Part shown: in pieces, positions 19,284-29,699 of the stretch
Layout of the letters: each line of letters starts with the position of its first letter
Position numbering within the stretch: position 1 is the first letter of the stretch
Assembly (NCBI GenBank): GCA_022707885.1
Contig: JAKIZT010000004.1
Location: 103,697-167,696 of the forward strand
Reading direction: 5' to 3'
Origin: Caldisericales bacterium
Lineage (GTDB): Bacteria > Caldisericota > Caldisericia > JAAYUI01
Length of the DNA stretch: 64,000 nucleotides
Notes under the pieces: model-generated
The model's database searches: none
Told to the model about the DNA's origin: nothing
Seen by the model: only the letters and a program-made list of their open reading frames with translations
Translations under genes and position numbers: made by a program

Positions 19284-19631
19284 ATGTCCACCATTAAAGG
19301 AATAGGTTTTGATCTAGTAGATTGTGACAGATTCAGGGCCATGGCCCAAAAAAGGCCGACCCTGATTGAAAGGCTATTTTCCGCGGAAGAAATTGCCTAT
19401 GCGAACAAATATTCGGACCCGACAGTCCACCTTTGCGCGTGCTTTGCGGTCAAAGAGGCTTACCTGAAAGCATTGGGTACTGGAATCAATGGCCAGGTGC
19501 TGAAACAAATAGAGATGGGACATGAAAAAACCGGGACCCCCTTTGTCACCATCTGCGGTGAGAGGGTCCCGGCTCTTGTTTCAGTCAGTCACACCGACAA
19601 AACTGCCGGCGCTGTCGTGGTACTTTTTTAA
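19284..19631 (+). CDS. acpS: Holo-[acyl-carrier-protein] synthase
   Basis: GIGFDLVD, FAVKEAYLKALGTG, VSVSHT. Confidence 0.93.
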   Translation: MSTIKGIGFDLVDCDRFRAMAQKRPTLIERLFSAEEIAYANKYSDPTVHLCACFAVKEAYLKALGTGINGQVLKQIEMGHEKTGTPFVTICGERVPALVSVSHTDKTAGAVVVLF

Positions 19632-19638
19632 TCTACAA

Positions 19639-22600
19639 TTACTTCTTACACTTTGTCGAATCGGGCGGAATGATTACCGTTATCTGCTTGAGCGCACCAT
19701 TCCATTCGACTTTCTGTCCAAGCCCGTCTTCAATGAACTTTCTCATTGGAAGGAAAAGCGAGCCATTTTTATTTTCTGATTTTATTGGCATCGTAATCAC
19801 CACCGGTTTTTTCCCTTTTTCCGTTTTTGTGAAAGTGTCTTTTTCCGCAGTGTGCTTGATTACGGTACCATTTGACAATGTGATTGTTACCAGTTTTGTC
19901 GTTGCATCATACTTTACCACACCACCCATCATCTTTTCTGCAAGATATCTCAATGGGACGAGTGTATTGCCTTTTGAAACATACGGAGCCGTGGAAAGTG
20001 GCGGATCTGGTTCCGCTCCATTGATATTTGGCTGTTTGCCATCACCAGTTACCCAGAGCCTGGCTTCAGTGCCCCACCATATTGTGTACTTAAGCGTTGT
20101 CTTGTTGCCAGCCTGGTCAACGATTTCAAACGATACTTCGTTGGCCCCAAACTTCTTTGGCTGGTAATCGTAGTAGAACATGCCATCAGGCTCGACCTGG
20201 ATTATCTGGGAACCAACAGAAACCAGTGCCTCCGGTTCTGTTTTTCCCTGAATCTCGATTGTATTGCAGTGTGATGGTTCTGCCGGGCCTGGTTTGATTA
20301 TGCTGGCCTGTGGTGCAATTGTATCCTTAATGATGGTGACCTGTTTTGTCTGGCTGTTACCCGCATCATCTTCTGCAACGACTGTGAATACATTCTTGCC
20401 TTCGTTCAAAGTAACGATGCTTTCAAAATAACCGGCATTCGGAACTTTTGTTGTGTCACCTTTCGGATCTGGCTGGACAATTGGAACCTGCTTGCCATTG
20501 ATGAGGATGTTCGGGACAACAAAGCGGAGCTTTTCAGTGTCCTCATACATCGCAAGTTCAGTTGAATCGCCAATGCCTGCGATTTTGTAGGTATTTTCCC
20601 TTGTAAGGACAGTATCGCCAACTGGATAAGTTACATTGAAAGTCGGAGCAATCGTGTCAATCTTGAAGTCATAAGATTTGAGCTCTTCGGTTCCGTATGT
20701 ATCCTCAGCGTACCAGTAAAGGGTGTCAATACGCTGCGCATCAGCAAGCGGTGACCAGTTCCCAGGTTCCCATTTGATGTACTGGTCCTTTTTCCAGTTC
20801 CACCAAACCTTTATTGTTGCGGTTTTGGAGGTGCAGACAAAATCAATTGATGGTGGATGGATAAACCAGCCATTTTTGCCGTCTGGTTGTGGTGGTTTTA
20901 TCAAAAGTGTTGTTTCTGGAATTGGAGGAGCAATAAAGAAAGTCACCGATTCTCCACCCTGCTGGTCTTTGCTGGTTATCATGGTGATCTTGTAATCTGT
21001 TGAACTGACCTCCGGAGAGACAATACCAGAAGTTGGGTTGATCACAATTTTGAAGGCCCCGCCACTCTTGATTTTTGAAGGTATCTGGATTGTGAGCACA
21101 TTGCCAGAACCAGTTGCAGACTGCACCTGGACACCATTAATGGTTATGCTGTCAGAAGGGATATTTTCTGGTATGACGGTTGTGTTCGGGAAGGTAAGGG
21201 TAAAGGATGATCCGGCATCAAGATCACCTGTGAAAGCAAGACTTCCCTCAATAACCCAGGTAGCTATGGCCTTTGCATTGATTGGCTTCACAGAAACATT
21301 GTCAATGGTGATGCGCTTGATGATGATTGAATATTCATCTGTTGTGAGGACGCCGTCAGAACCCTGTGATGTGAACTTGATAGCATAAGAACCTGGCTGT
21401 TCAGGGTTTCTTATCTTCGAGGTTTTCGTGAATTCAATCATTACTCCGCCTGGCTGGATTACTTTTGGTGCATAGAGCTGAACCTTGAGTTCATCAACGA
21501 CAACCCTTGGTTTTAGCTTGCACGGTGTTCCATCAACCAATACTGAATCAGCCTGGATGAATTGATTAACTGTTGTTCCTTTTGGGAAAGAAACTTCGAT
21601 TATATCATTCTCTTGTAGCTTGTTTCCAATCTCCACGGAGAATTTGTAATCTGCGATCTGTGAGGCATAAGGAGGATCAACAACCGGCCTCTGACCAGCT
21701 CTTTTTATTTCATAAGGATTTGAGTCAACAATCGTTGGCTCAAAATTGGTATATATCTTTACCTGATAGCTCCCTCTTGTTGGAGGGTTGATTATCCCGG
21801 CTTTTTCAGAGATCTGAACATCAACCTTGCCGCTATTTTCTATTGAGACAGGGGTAATGAAAGACATGGTGCTTGATAACTGGTGAATGTTTACATCAAC
21901 GCTAAGAGGCATCCCATTGACCTTTACAAGTGATGGGTCAATTGTAACGGGAAGCTTTGTCGTCTTTGGGAAAACAACGGTAACACGGGATTCTCTGGCA
22001 TCAATCGAGCCACCTTCACCAACATTGAACGAAATATTATATCCAGAAGCTTCTCCAATTGCCGGATTCGTAACTGTGACATTGGCAGGTGAAACCTGGG
22101 AGCGCACGACTTTAAGAGCATTTGAGAAAACAACATCAGGTTCAGCCTCTGTTGATATGCCAACCTTGTAATATCCCGGTTCAGGGGCATTTGTAAAACC
22201 AGCTCTGTCAGCAATCGTTATCGGAACTGGATCATAGGGGCCATTTGGATCAAGCTGGATGTGAGTTCTGAAAAGGATCGAATTTTCGTTGTCAAGCCCA
22301 AATTTCTCAATAAATTCAGGGTTTTTGCGCTTGTTTGTCTTTATTTCTGGAAGGCCCTGACATTTCGTGCAAGGAGAGGTTCCAATGTAAATGGAGGTCA
22401 GTATTCTCTCAAGCTCATGGTCCCAATACTCGGAATAGCCACCTTTTGGCGGGACATCAGGCATGGTCCACTCTGGTGGAAAGGTAACTTTGAGCCAGCC
22501 ATGGATTCCGACTGTTTCATTGATATCGATGAGAACCTTATATGTTGCCGACGTTGAAACCTGCGACGGCTTGAAATACCAGATATTGAAATTCGATATT

Positions 22601-22695
22601 TTTTCAGTCCTTGCATAAGAGGGTGACGGGACATTGGCAAACAATGAGAGGATTATTGCCAGGATTGCCAGGAACGTAGAAGTTCTCTTTATCAT
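19639..22695 (-). CDS. Surface protein with repeated Ig-like domains and C-terminal copper-amine-oxidase-N (stalk) domain
   Basis: Signal peptide; repeats of ...FPxxTxLPxxI...VNG; PDGKNGW; DTIAP bacterial Ig-like units; PYVSKGNTLVPLRYLAE...YDATTKLVTI. Confidence 0.82.
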   Translation of the reverse strand: MIKRTSTFLAILAIILSLFANVPSPSYARTEKISNFNIWYFKPSQVSTSATYKVLIDINETVGIHGWLKVTFPPEWTMPDVPPKGGYSEYWDHELERILTSIYIGTSPCTKCQGLPEIKTNKRKNPEFIEKFGLDNENSILFRTHIQLDPNGPYDPVPITIADRAGFTNAPEPGYYKVGISTEAEPDVVFSNALKVVRSQVSPANVTVTNPAIGEASGYNISFNVGEGGSIDARESRVTVVFPKTTKLPVTIDPSLVKVNGMPLSVDVNIHQLSSTMSFITPVSIENSGKVDVQISEKAGIINPPTRGSYQVKIYTNFEPTIVDSNPYEIKRAGQRPVVDPPYASQIADYKFSVEIGNKLQENDIIEVSFPKGTTVNQFIQADSVLVDGTPCKLKPRVVVDELKVQLYAPKVIQPGGVMIEFTKTSKIRNPEQPGSYAIKFTSQGSDGVLTTDEYSIIIKRITIDNVSVKPINAKAIATWVIEGSLAFTGDLDAGSSFTLTFPNTTVIPENIPSDSITINGVQVQSATGSGNVLTIQIPSKIKSGGAFKIVINPTSGIVSPEVSSTDYKITMITSKDQQGGESVTFFIAPPIPETTLLIKPPQPDGKNGWFIHPPSIDFVCTSKTATIKVWWNWKKDQYIKWEPGNWSPLADAQRIDTLYWYAEDTYGTEELKSYDFKIDTIAPTFNVTYPVGDTVLTRENTYKIAGIGDSTELAMYEDTEKLRFVVPNILINGKQVPIVQPDPKGDTTKVPNAGYFESIVTLNEGKNVFTVVAEDDAGNSQTKQVTIIKDTIAPQASIIKPGPAEPSHCNTIEIQGKTEPEALVSVGSQIIQVEPDGMFYYDYQPKKFGANEVSFEIVDQAGNKTTLKYTIWWGTEARLWVTGDGKQPNINGAEPDPPLSTAPYVSKGNTLVPLRYLAEKMMGGVVKYDATTKLVTITLSNGTVIKHTAEKDTFTKTEKGKKPVVITMPIKSENKNGSLFLPMRKFIEDGLGQKVEWNGALKQITVIIPPDSTKCKK

Positions 22696-22818
22696 AAATG
22701 CCTCCTTGAAAAGCTTGATTACAGACTATTTTAGCTTTTCACAAGTACAACCTTAAGCCTGTTAAGGTTTTCAAAACATAACCCCATTCTTGACTTTGTT
22801 TCTTTACTTTGTTAACAT

Positions 22819-24117
22819 TTGCCAAGCCACAAAATGCAGATAAATCCAACGCAATTTAAGTTCAATGGACAATATCGCCAAAACCAAATTTTTACTTTTT
22901 TTAAGACATATCCAATAAACACAAGGCTTATTTTAATGGCTACTTTCTTTGCGGGTCTTGGTGCAGGGATAAACGAAGTCAACTTCAATTATTATCTATT
23001 GTCTCTCGGCTACAATGAAATTTTCATCGCAACACTCACCTCGCTTGCAACACTGACAGCGGCAATTGCTTCCATACCAATGAGCTTTCTTGTCAATAGA
23101 ATAGGTAGAAGAAATGCAATTGTGGTTAACCAGCTGATTTCATGGCCATTGTTTCTACTACAAGTCTTGTTGCCAATTTCTCCAATAATCCTGGGTGCTT
23201 CCGTAGTCAGCTCACTGGTCTCGACAATGCAGGGTCTTTCAGAAAGACCACTCCTCATTGAATCGACCGAAGAGGACAAGAGGGTGAATGTTTTTTCTCT
23301 TGTGACCATGACATCCCTGGTTGCCGTAATCTCCGGGAATTTCTTTGGTGGAAAATTAACTTATCTTGCAACACAAATATTCTCCTTGCCTGCTGAATCT
23401 CCATGGGCTTACAGGGCAGCACTTTTTTGTACCTCACTTCTCTCCGGAATAGCCATGAGCTGTTATTTGAGACTAAAGCATATACCGATAAGCGCGGACC
23501 ACCTGGACACAAGAACAAACAGCCATTTTTTCAAAAGGCTTTTCGGCAACCTGGAGAGTTTTGGTTTTATCTGGAAACTGCTTCTGGGACAGATGCTCAT
23601 TGGATTTGGAGCAGGATTCACTGTTCCACTCTTCTCCCTTTTCTTCAAAAAAGTTTATCATGCCACAGCGGACCAGTGGGGAACAATAAGTTCCATAGCC
23701 AAATTGCCAATGTTTTTTGGCGTAATGATATCCCCAAAAATCGCCAGGAAATTTGGCAGCCTGAAAACTGTTGTATTCTGTCAATACCTTTCAATACCAT
23801 TCCTCTTGCTGACGCTTTTTGCACCAAACATAGCTGTGGCAGGTTTTGGGTTTGCAATAAGGCATGCCCTTATGAACATGACAGAGCCGATCTGGGCAAG
23901 CTTCTACATGGGCATGCTCAAACCAAAGGAGCTTAGCACTGTTTCAAGCTTTATAACTGTTGGATGGAACACACTCAATGCCACAGGAACAAGGATTGGC
24001 GGCAGTTTTCTGGAAAGTGGCAAACACCAGTGGAGTTTCTATATAACAGGCCTCGCCTATGTTATTGCATCAAGTTTCTATTCAATCGTCTGGCGAAAAC
24101 ACATGCGCAAAACATAA
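22819..24117 (+). CDS. MFS transporter
   Basis: About 12 TM; motif A FLVNRIGRRNAI and KIARKFGSLKTV. Start could be the ATG at 22834. Confidence 0.88.
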   Translation: MPSHKMQINPTQFKFNGQYRQNQIFTFFKTYPINTRLILMATFFAGLGAGINEVNFNYYLLSLGYNEIFIATLTSLATLTAAIASIPMSFLVNRIGRRNAIVVNQLISWPLFLLQVLLPISPIILGASVVSSLVSTMQGLSERPLLIESTEEDKRVNVFSLVTMTSLVAVISGNFFGGKLTYLATQIFSLPAESPWAYRAALFCTSLLSGIAMSCYLRLKHIPISADHLDTRTNSHFFKRLFGNLESFGFIWKLLLGQMLIGFGAGFTVPLFSLFFKKVYHATADQWGTISSIAKLPMFFGVMISPKIARKFGSLKTVVFCQYLSIPFLLLTLFAPNIAVAGFGFAIRHALMNMTEPIWASFYMGMLKPKELSTVSSFITVGWNTLNATGTRIGGSFLESGKHQWSFYITGLAYVIASSFYSIVWRKHMRKT

Positions 24118-24121
24118 AAAC

Positions 24122-24154
24122 AAAAAAGGGCCGCTTTGTGCGCGGCCCTTTTTT
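24122..24154. terminator. Bidirectional intrinsic terminator
   Basis: AAAAAAGGGCCGC-TTTGTGC-GCGGCCCTTTTTT between convergent genes. Confidence 0.85.
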
Positions 24155-24176
24155 GTTCAAGTTAATCTAATCTAGA

Positions 24177-26633
24177 TCATCCAATTTTTGGGTTTGGTGG
24201 ATAATATATGTTGATCGTTTTTGACTGAGCTATCCATTCAACGGTTGCCCCAAGTGCTTCACCAACTGCCCTCAATGGGACCATTGTGCTTCCCTTGACA
24301 ATTACTGGTGCTGCTGTGAACTCAACTTCCTTGTTGTTGACAAGTGCTGTTTTACGCCCGATCCAGAGAACAACTGTCCTGTTTGCAAGAACATACGTCA
24401 CTTTTTTCTCATTTGCATCCCAGTCAACCTTTGCACCAAGTGCCTCGCCGATGAAACGAAGTGGAACAAATGTTGAACCACCAATGATTGATGGTGGGTT
24501 GGCCATTGAAATTTTTTTATCATCAACAACGGCCGTTGGTGAATTTACTTGCAAAGTTATGAGCTTTCCTTTTTTTGTACCCTTGCACTCGATTTCAATA
24601 TTGCCACCGTTGCTCCTTATGATGATTTTGGCAGTCGATCCCCAGTACTCCATCTTTTCTGAAAGCACTTTCACTGTGAACACAGTTTCGTTGCCGGTTA
24701 ATTTGTTTCTGGAAATTTCAATCCAGTTACCCTGAAGTTCAATTGTTCCGTCAAGAACACCACTCCCAGAATTCTTTATAGTTATCTGTTTTGTTTGGCT
24801 TTCTCCTTGTTTTACCACTCCAAAATCAAGAGACTTTTGATCTGAAGAAATTTTTGGAGAAATCTTTTCTTTCTGAAAAACCTGCACTCTGAGGTTCCCA
24901 TGGTCTAGCACATATAGCACACCATTTGCTGATCTTACTTTCGTGGGCTTTCTAAACGTGCCGAGATCGGACCAGTAATCTTTGATGGTGTCTCTGGATT
25001 TCGAAGGACTTGTCGAACCTATTGAATAGGTGAAAACTCCATCAAGGCCAAAAACAGCAAGTCTGTCATTGCCAGTATCTGCAACAACAATCTGGTAATC
25101 ACTCGTCAAAGTGAAACTTTCCGGCCTTGAAAGTAATTTCTCGCCAAACATCCTGACAAATGTTCCATCCGGCTTGAAAACCTGTATCCTCGAATTGACC
25201 GCTTCAAGCACATACACATTGCCATCTGGCCCAACAAAAACATCGGACGGTTCGGCAAGCTGGCCTTCCCTCACACCTTGCGATCCAAACTGGTAAACAA
25301 ATTTACCTATCTTGTTGAACCTTATTACCGTGGCTTTTTCACGGTCAACGGCAAGAATCTCGCCATCTTTTGACTGGGAGAATGAAGCAATATTTTGAGA
25401 TACTTTGTCGACATTTACCACGTCCGTGGAGGGATTTCCAGAGCAATCATAGGTTCTAAGGGTGCTATTTGAAGAATTATATGCAAGTACATTTCCTTCC
25501 TGGGAAGTTGAAAGTGTCATTTTGACAGTATTCTGCCCATACTGTCTTGTTCCAGTAACACCATTCTGGCCAAAAAATTGCATGTCGTTTCTGTGGGAGT
25601 CAAAAACTGCAAAACCATTTTGTCCACAAACCGCAAGGTCGGTGGGGTTCCCAAACTGCATCGGTTTGCCACCAAATGCACCAAATTCGCCAAGAGATTT
25701 GCCTTGGGAATTGGTTGCAAAAAATTTGGAGCCATCAACTGCATAGATATTCCCGTTAAAAGCAATGCAAAAGGCTAAAGGCATAGAACCAAATCCTGCA
25801 ATTGCAAATTCCGAAATTTTGCTGCCTGTTTTGTCATAGACTTGCAACAGGGAAGAATTGTCGCCCATAAAACAGACATTGCCTTTTGGGTCAAATCGTA
25901 CTTGTCCAGCAGATGGATTGAAACTTTGACTGGTTTCTATCGGGAACTCAAGTTTTTTCTGCCCATCCTTGTCAAAAATAGTCATTTTTATTGAATTGAA
26001 CGGCACCTTGTCCACAGGTTCCTCGCCAACTGTTGGAGGGGTTATAGTGAGTATGACTACTGATCCATCTTTGTTTATATCACCACCATCAATTGTCGCA
26101 ACATCTTTGCCAACATCGATAAATCTCGATAAAAGTTTCCCTTTGTCTGAAATCTTGAGCAAACCCGATATTGAATCTATAACCCATATTGACTGGTCAG
26201 AATTCAATCTTGCAATAAGAGGATTGACAATGCTCTCGCTACCAATTGGTATCTTGGCAAGAATCTCTCCTGTACGGTTTGCTTTTACAATTTCGCTTCC
26301 GGTTATATAACAAACAACACCTTCTGAAGCAGAGATGTTTGATCTTATTCTGCTTACATCAATATAATCTGGAATTGCAAAAGATTTATTCAAAATGCCA
26401 TTTTGCATGTATATAGAACAGGTTTTGCTTGCGGAATCGACAACATATATCCAGGCACCGGATGATTCATCGATACCTATTGCAGTTGGTCTGATCAATT
26501 CACCCGCAAGAGGCCCGTAGCCAATTGCCTTTACTGGAGTATATCTCTCTTCGGCGGAGTAAACGGCCCCGGACAAAGAAGCAAAACACAAGGGCAGAAC
26601 GAGCAAGACAGCAATTTTTTTCCAAACAGCCAT
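24177..26633 (-). CDS. NHL-repeat beta-propeller surface protein with Ig-like and stalk domains
   Basis: Start MAVWKK after GGAGGT (track 26705); NHL blades (GQLAEPSDVFVGPDGNVYVLEAVNSRIQVF); PSIIGGSTFVPLRFIGEALGAKVDWD. Confidence 0.87.
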   Translation of the reverse strand: MAVWKKIAVLLVLPLCFASLSGAVYSAEERYTPVKAIGYGPLAGELIRPTAIGIDESSGAWIYVVDSASKTCSIYMQNGILNKSFAIPDYIDVSRIRSNISASEGVVCYITGSEIVKANRTGEILAKIPIGSESIVNPLIARLNSDQSIWVIDSISGLLKISDKGKLLSRFIDVGKDVATIDGGDINKDGSVVILTITPPTVGEEPVDKVPFNSIKMTIFDKDGQKKLEFPIETSQSFNPSAGQVRFDPKGNVCFMGDNSSLLQVYDKTGSKISEFAIAGFGSMPLAFCIAFNGNIYAVDGSKFFATNSQGKSLGEFGAFGGKPMQFGNPTDLAVCGQNGFAVFDSHRNDMQFFGQNGVTGTRQYGQNTVKMTLSTSQEGNVLAYNSSNSTLRTYDCSGNPSTDVVNVDKVSQNIASFSQSKDGEILAVDREKATVIRFNKIGKFVYQFGSQGVREGQLAEPSDVFVGPDGNVYVLEAVNSRIQVFKPDGTFVRMFGEKLLSRPESFTLTSDYQIVVADTGNDRLAVFGLDGVFTYSIGSTSPSKSRDTIKDYWSDLGTFRKPTKVRSANGVLYVLDHGNLRVQVFQKEKISPKISSDQKSLDFGVVKQGESQTKQITIKNSGSGVLDGTIELQGNWIEISRNKLTGNETVFTVKVLSEKMEYWGSTAKIIIRSNGGNIEIECKGTKKGKLITLQVNSPTAVVDDKKISMANPPSIIGGSTFVPLRFIGEALGAKVDWDANEKKVTYVLANRTVVLWIGRKTALVNNKEVEFTAAPVIVKGSTMVPLRAVGEALGATVEWIAQSKTINIYYPPNPKIG

Positions 26634-26692
26634 GTTACCTCCTGTAACACTTACCATTTTATTATACACCAAGTTCAAATGGCAATGTAAAG

Positions 26693-27334
26693 TCATAACC
26701 TCCACGAATGCGCATCCAGAAAGGGGCCACCCAGGTGTTGTGTCGAGTTAAGCGCTTGCAAGACCCAATTTTCATCATGTTTTGAGAAAACGCTTATCGA
26801 GCAATTGTCCATCCCAATCAAACCACCATAGGAGGCAACAGGGAAACCAAGAACATACGGTACCATTGCCCAAAGTACGCCACCATGGGAAACAAGCAAG
26901 ACATTTTTCCCCTCATATTCGCGCATAATCATCTCGCAGGATTCAGAAATTCTCTTTGAGAAATTAACAATACTCTCCCCGCCTTCCAATGTGAAATTTG
27001 AATCATTCACAAAGCTTTCCCAAGATTCATGGTTTTTCAAATCATCGATCTTCTTGCCATCAAATATGCCACATGAGCGTTCTCTAAATCTCTCATTAAA
27101 ACAAACACCCAATTCGAGATGTTTCGAAATGATGAGAGCCGTTTGTTTTGCCCTCTTGAGATCAGAGCTGATTATGACATTTATGCTGGCATCTTTCAGA
27201 GCCAAGGCAACCCGCTCTGCTTGAGCAATTCCCTTTTCCGTAAGGCTGGAATCGTGCCATCCGCACAAAATTCCCTCGCTGTTTCCTTCACTCTCGCCAT
27301 GCCTGATAAAGATTAATCTTGTTATTTTCGACAT
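26693..27334 (-). CDS. Histidine phosphatase family protein (phosphoglycerate mutase-like)
   Basis: RHGESEGN, SSDLKRAKQTA, ERSCG, LVSHGG. Confidence 0.92.
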   Translation of the reverse strand: MSKITRLIFIRHGESEGNSEGILCGWHDSSLTEKGIAQAERVALALKDASINVIISSDLKRAKQTALIISKHLELGVCFNERFRERSCGIFDGKKIDDLKNHESWESFVNDSNFTLEGGESIVNFSKRISESCEMIMREYEGKNVLLVSHGGVLWAMVPYVLGFPVASYGGLIGMDNCSISVFSKHDENWVLQALNSTQHLGGPFLDAHSWRL

Positions 27335-27398
27335 TTTTGCTCCTATGATTTTATGTTATAATACAAAATACAAAACAAAAACGTCAAGGAGCCACATA

Positions 27399-28346
27399 AT
27401 GAAGAGTATCGACCTGTCGAAAGAACTTTTCGAGTCTGAGGGCAAGTCAATAATTGAAAAAATAGGCCCCGGTGTATTGCAAAACATCAGCATCGGACTA
27501 ATAAACGGCGAATACATTTTTGATGATCCCAAACAAATTGCCAAGTTCCAGGTTTTCATGTTTGAACAAGATGAAAGCCTACAAAATAAAATAAGTGACG
27601 CTTTAAACACAAAATTACCAAAAACATACAAGGGAAGGGATGTCCCGTTTTCAGATGAAAATGGTGTATGGGTATGGTTCTGGCCTGATTTTACAGAATA
27701 CATTCTGGGTCTTCGAAGGAGACCGATCGACCCAATCTCCTACGCCAAAGTTTCGGAGGCCCAATTTTATGCGCTGCTCTCCGGTACGATCTTCTGGGAC
27801 CCCAGCTATGAGCTCCGGAGAGCACAACTCCAGTGGGACCACATGCCACAAGAAGTGTGGTACTGGAGACACCACTGGGTGCTCAAAAATCTTGAAAACA
27901 GGAAACTCGTTCAACTCGCAATCGAAGATGATGACAAAATGACTGCGAAAATAATGGTTTCAAGGTACGTTGAGTGGACGATAAGGTTGAGTTTTCTTGC
28001 CGCAAGGAAATATTCTCCCAGAAGGACGCTCCTGCTTGAAATGCATAGCCAGCTCCAAAGGATGGAAGAAATACACCAGCTTGTAACATCAGCAATTGAA
28101 AGCCACTCGGCTGAAGGAGCACTAGAAAAAATAGAACAGGCCATCCTTGCAATAAGATTGAGGATGGTTGAGAAAAAATACCTGCCAGAGAATATCGGGC
28201 TTGATGAAAATGGAAACGCAGATTGCCTCGCCATGTCAGAATACTTCCTCTCGGCAATGCCAGGCGACTTCAGGAAACAGGCTTCAAGGGTTTGTCCGGT
28301 TGACCTTTTGGGATCACTTGAACAGAGGGCAAAAAATACACCATAA
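27399..28346 (+). CDS. DUF4037-like protein, N-terminal nucleotidyltransferase motif degenerate
   Basis: MKSIDLSKELFE..., LLSGTIFWDP, PQEVWYWR, FLAARKYSP resemble DUF4037 proteins; AGGAG SD (track start 27345). Confidence 0.6.
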   Translation: MKSIDLSKELFESEGKSIIEKIGPGVLQNISIGLINGEYIFDDPKQIAKFQVFMFEQDESLQNKISDALNTKLPKTYKGRDVPFSDENGVWVWFWPDFTEYILGLRRRPIDPISYAKVSEAQFYALLSGTIFWDPSYELRRAQLQWDHMPQEVWYWRHHWVLKNLENRKLVQLAIEDDDKMTAKIMVSRYVEWTIRLSFLAARKYSPRRTLLLEMHSQLQRMEEIHQLVTSAIESHSAEGALEKIEQAILAIRLRMVEKKYLPENIGLDENGNADCLAMSEYFLSAMPGDFRKQASRVCPVDLLGSLEQRAKNTP

Positions 28347-28375
28347 ATAAAACCAAAATATTGGGGAGGTGCCAA

Positions 28376-29578
28376 ATGAGGAGGTTTTTATCTTATCTTC
28401 TAGTGTTGTTAGTGGTCATAAGTTGTAGTTGTTCCCAACCCTTTAAACTTCAAACAAAAACATACAATACAAAACCGATAAACGGAAAATATATTGGCAA
28501 TATTGTAGATGATAATTCACAAAGCTCCTACAGCATAATTGCAGATGGTAATACGCTAAAGATATGCGACAGGAGAACAAGATCTCTTGTCTTCTCGGAA
28601 TTAAAGCTTCCTGGAGCAGTCATATCAAGCTATGATGCAGGATATGATTATTATGTGATTTGTAAATCTCAAAACAGCAACTTCTTGGTTTGTTTCTCAT
28701 ATGATGATACTCTTCACAAGCTAGAATTGCGCAAAAAATTTGAGGTCAAAACACGATCGTCACAAATTATTGGTGTTTTATCACATGAAACTACCATCAT
28801 TACACAATCAGAAGATAAAACTATCCTATATCTCTACGAAAAGGGCAATCTGATAAAAAACATCAAATATCCCAAACCTACAATCTGGTGGCTCTCTAAT
28901 TTTGATGGCTTTGTAAATATCGGTTTCGATGGACAGGATTTGATATTCCAAACAGATGGCAACCATGATAACATTGTTGATGAAATCAGGGAGAAGATCA
29001 AAGAACCTTCACCGATTGATAATGCTTTTTTCCAAATGACCAGATTCTACACTAGATATATTGACTTGTATGATGGTAAGAATCTATGGAGAATACAAAC
29101 TCAATTAAATAATTTAGATAATATGTATATTAGAGGTCCTCTTGAAATAGAGAACCTGGAAAAAGGTATCAATCTTTTTCTATACCCATACAAAAATGGC
29201 CTATGCATGGTAGAAATCAATAAAAAAGATTCCAGCAAACTTGTCTTAAGACATGTTGATGATAGAAAGATGTATCCCATTACTGGATATTCTGGTAATT
29301 GGTGGCCTCCTGATCCTGGGGGTTACTATCTTTATGGGTATGAAGAAAACAACACTTATAGGATAAAATGCTTTCATCTCTTCACAAAAGAAAATGGAAA
29401 TAGTGACACCATAGATTTTAAAGAATGCAATGTCGAGCCTTTCCATGATTCTAGAGAGAATATTATAGATGGTGACTATTACAATTCGGATAATGACTAT
29501 TCAAGCATCAGGGATGTTTCTTTTATCATTTTTGTCAAAGATGGCTTTTACTACATACCCAATGCCACGAATTGGTGA
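28376..29578 (+). CDS. Hypothetical lipoprotein, AT-rich
   Basis: MRRFLSYLLVLLVVISCSC lipobox-like leader after GGAGGT; no family recognised. Confidence 0.7.
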   Translation: MRRFLSYLLVLLVVISCSCSQPFKLQTKTYNTKPINGKYIGNIVDDNSQSSYSIIADGNTLKICDRRTRSLVFSELKLPGAVISSYDAGYDYYVICKSQNSNFLVCFSYDDTLHKLELRKKFEVKTRSSQIIGVLSHETTIITQSEDKTILYLYEKGNLIKNIKYPKPTIWWLSNFDGFVNIGFDGQDLIFQTDGNHDNIVDEIREKIKEPSPIDNAFFQMTRFYTRYIDLYDGKNLWRIQTQLNNLDNMYIRGPLEIENLEKGINLFLYPYKNGLCMVEINKKDSSKLVLRHVDDRKMYPITGYSGNWWPPDPGGYYLYGYEENNTYRIKCFHLFTKENGNSDTIDFKECNVEPFHDSRENIIDGDYYNSDNDYSSIRDVSFIIFVKDGFYYIPNATNW

Positions 29579-29654
29579 TCCAATGCTGAAATTTTAATTC
29601 TTGGCGCACAAAAAAATACTTTCTGTAACTATTTTCGCAATTCCAAACTAAAAC

Positions 29655-29674
29655 CCCCTTGGAAAACCAAGGGG
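29655..29674. terminator. Hairpin between convergent lipoprotein genes
   Basis: CCCCTTGG-AAAA-CCAAGGGG; weak U-tracts. Confidence 0.5.
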
Positions 29675-29699
29675 TCACTATTTTTCGTCACTTTATCAT

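Noticed and set aside
22348-22374. c-type cytochrome heme motif
   Set aside because: The sequence is CxxCQ, not CxxCH, in both paralogues.
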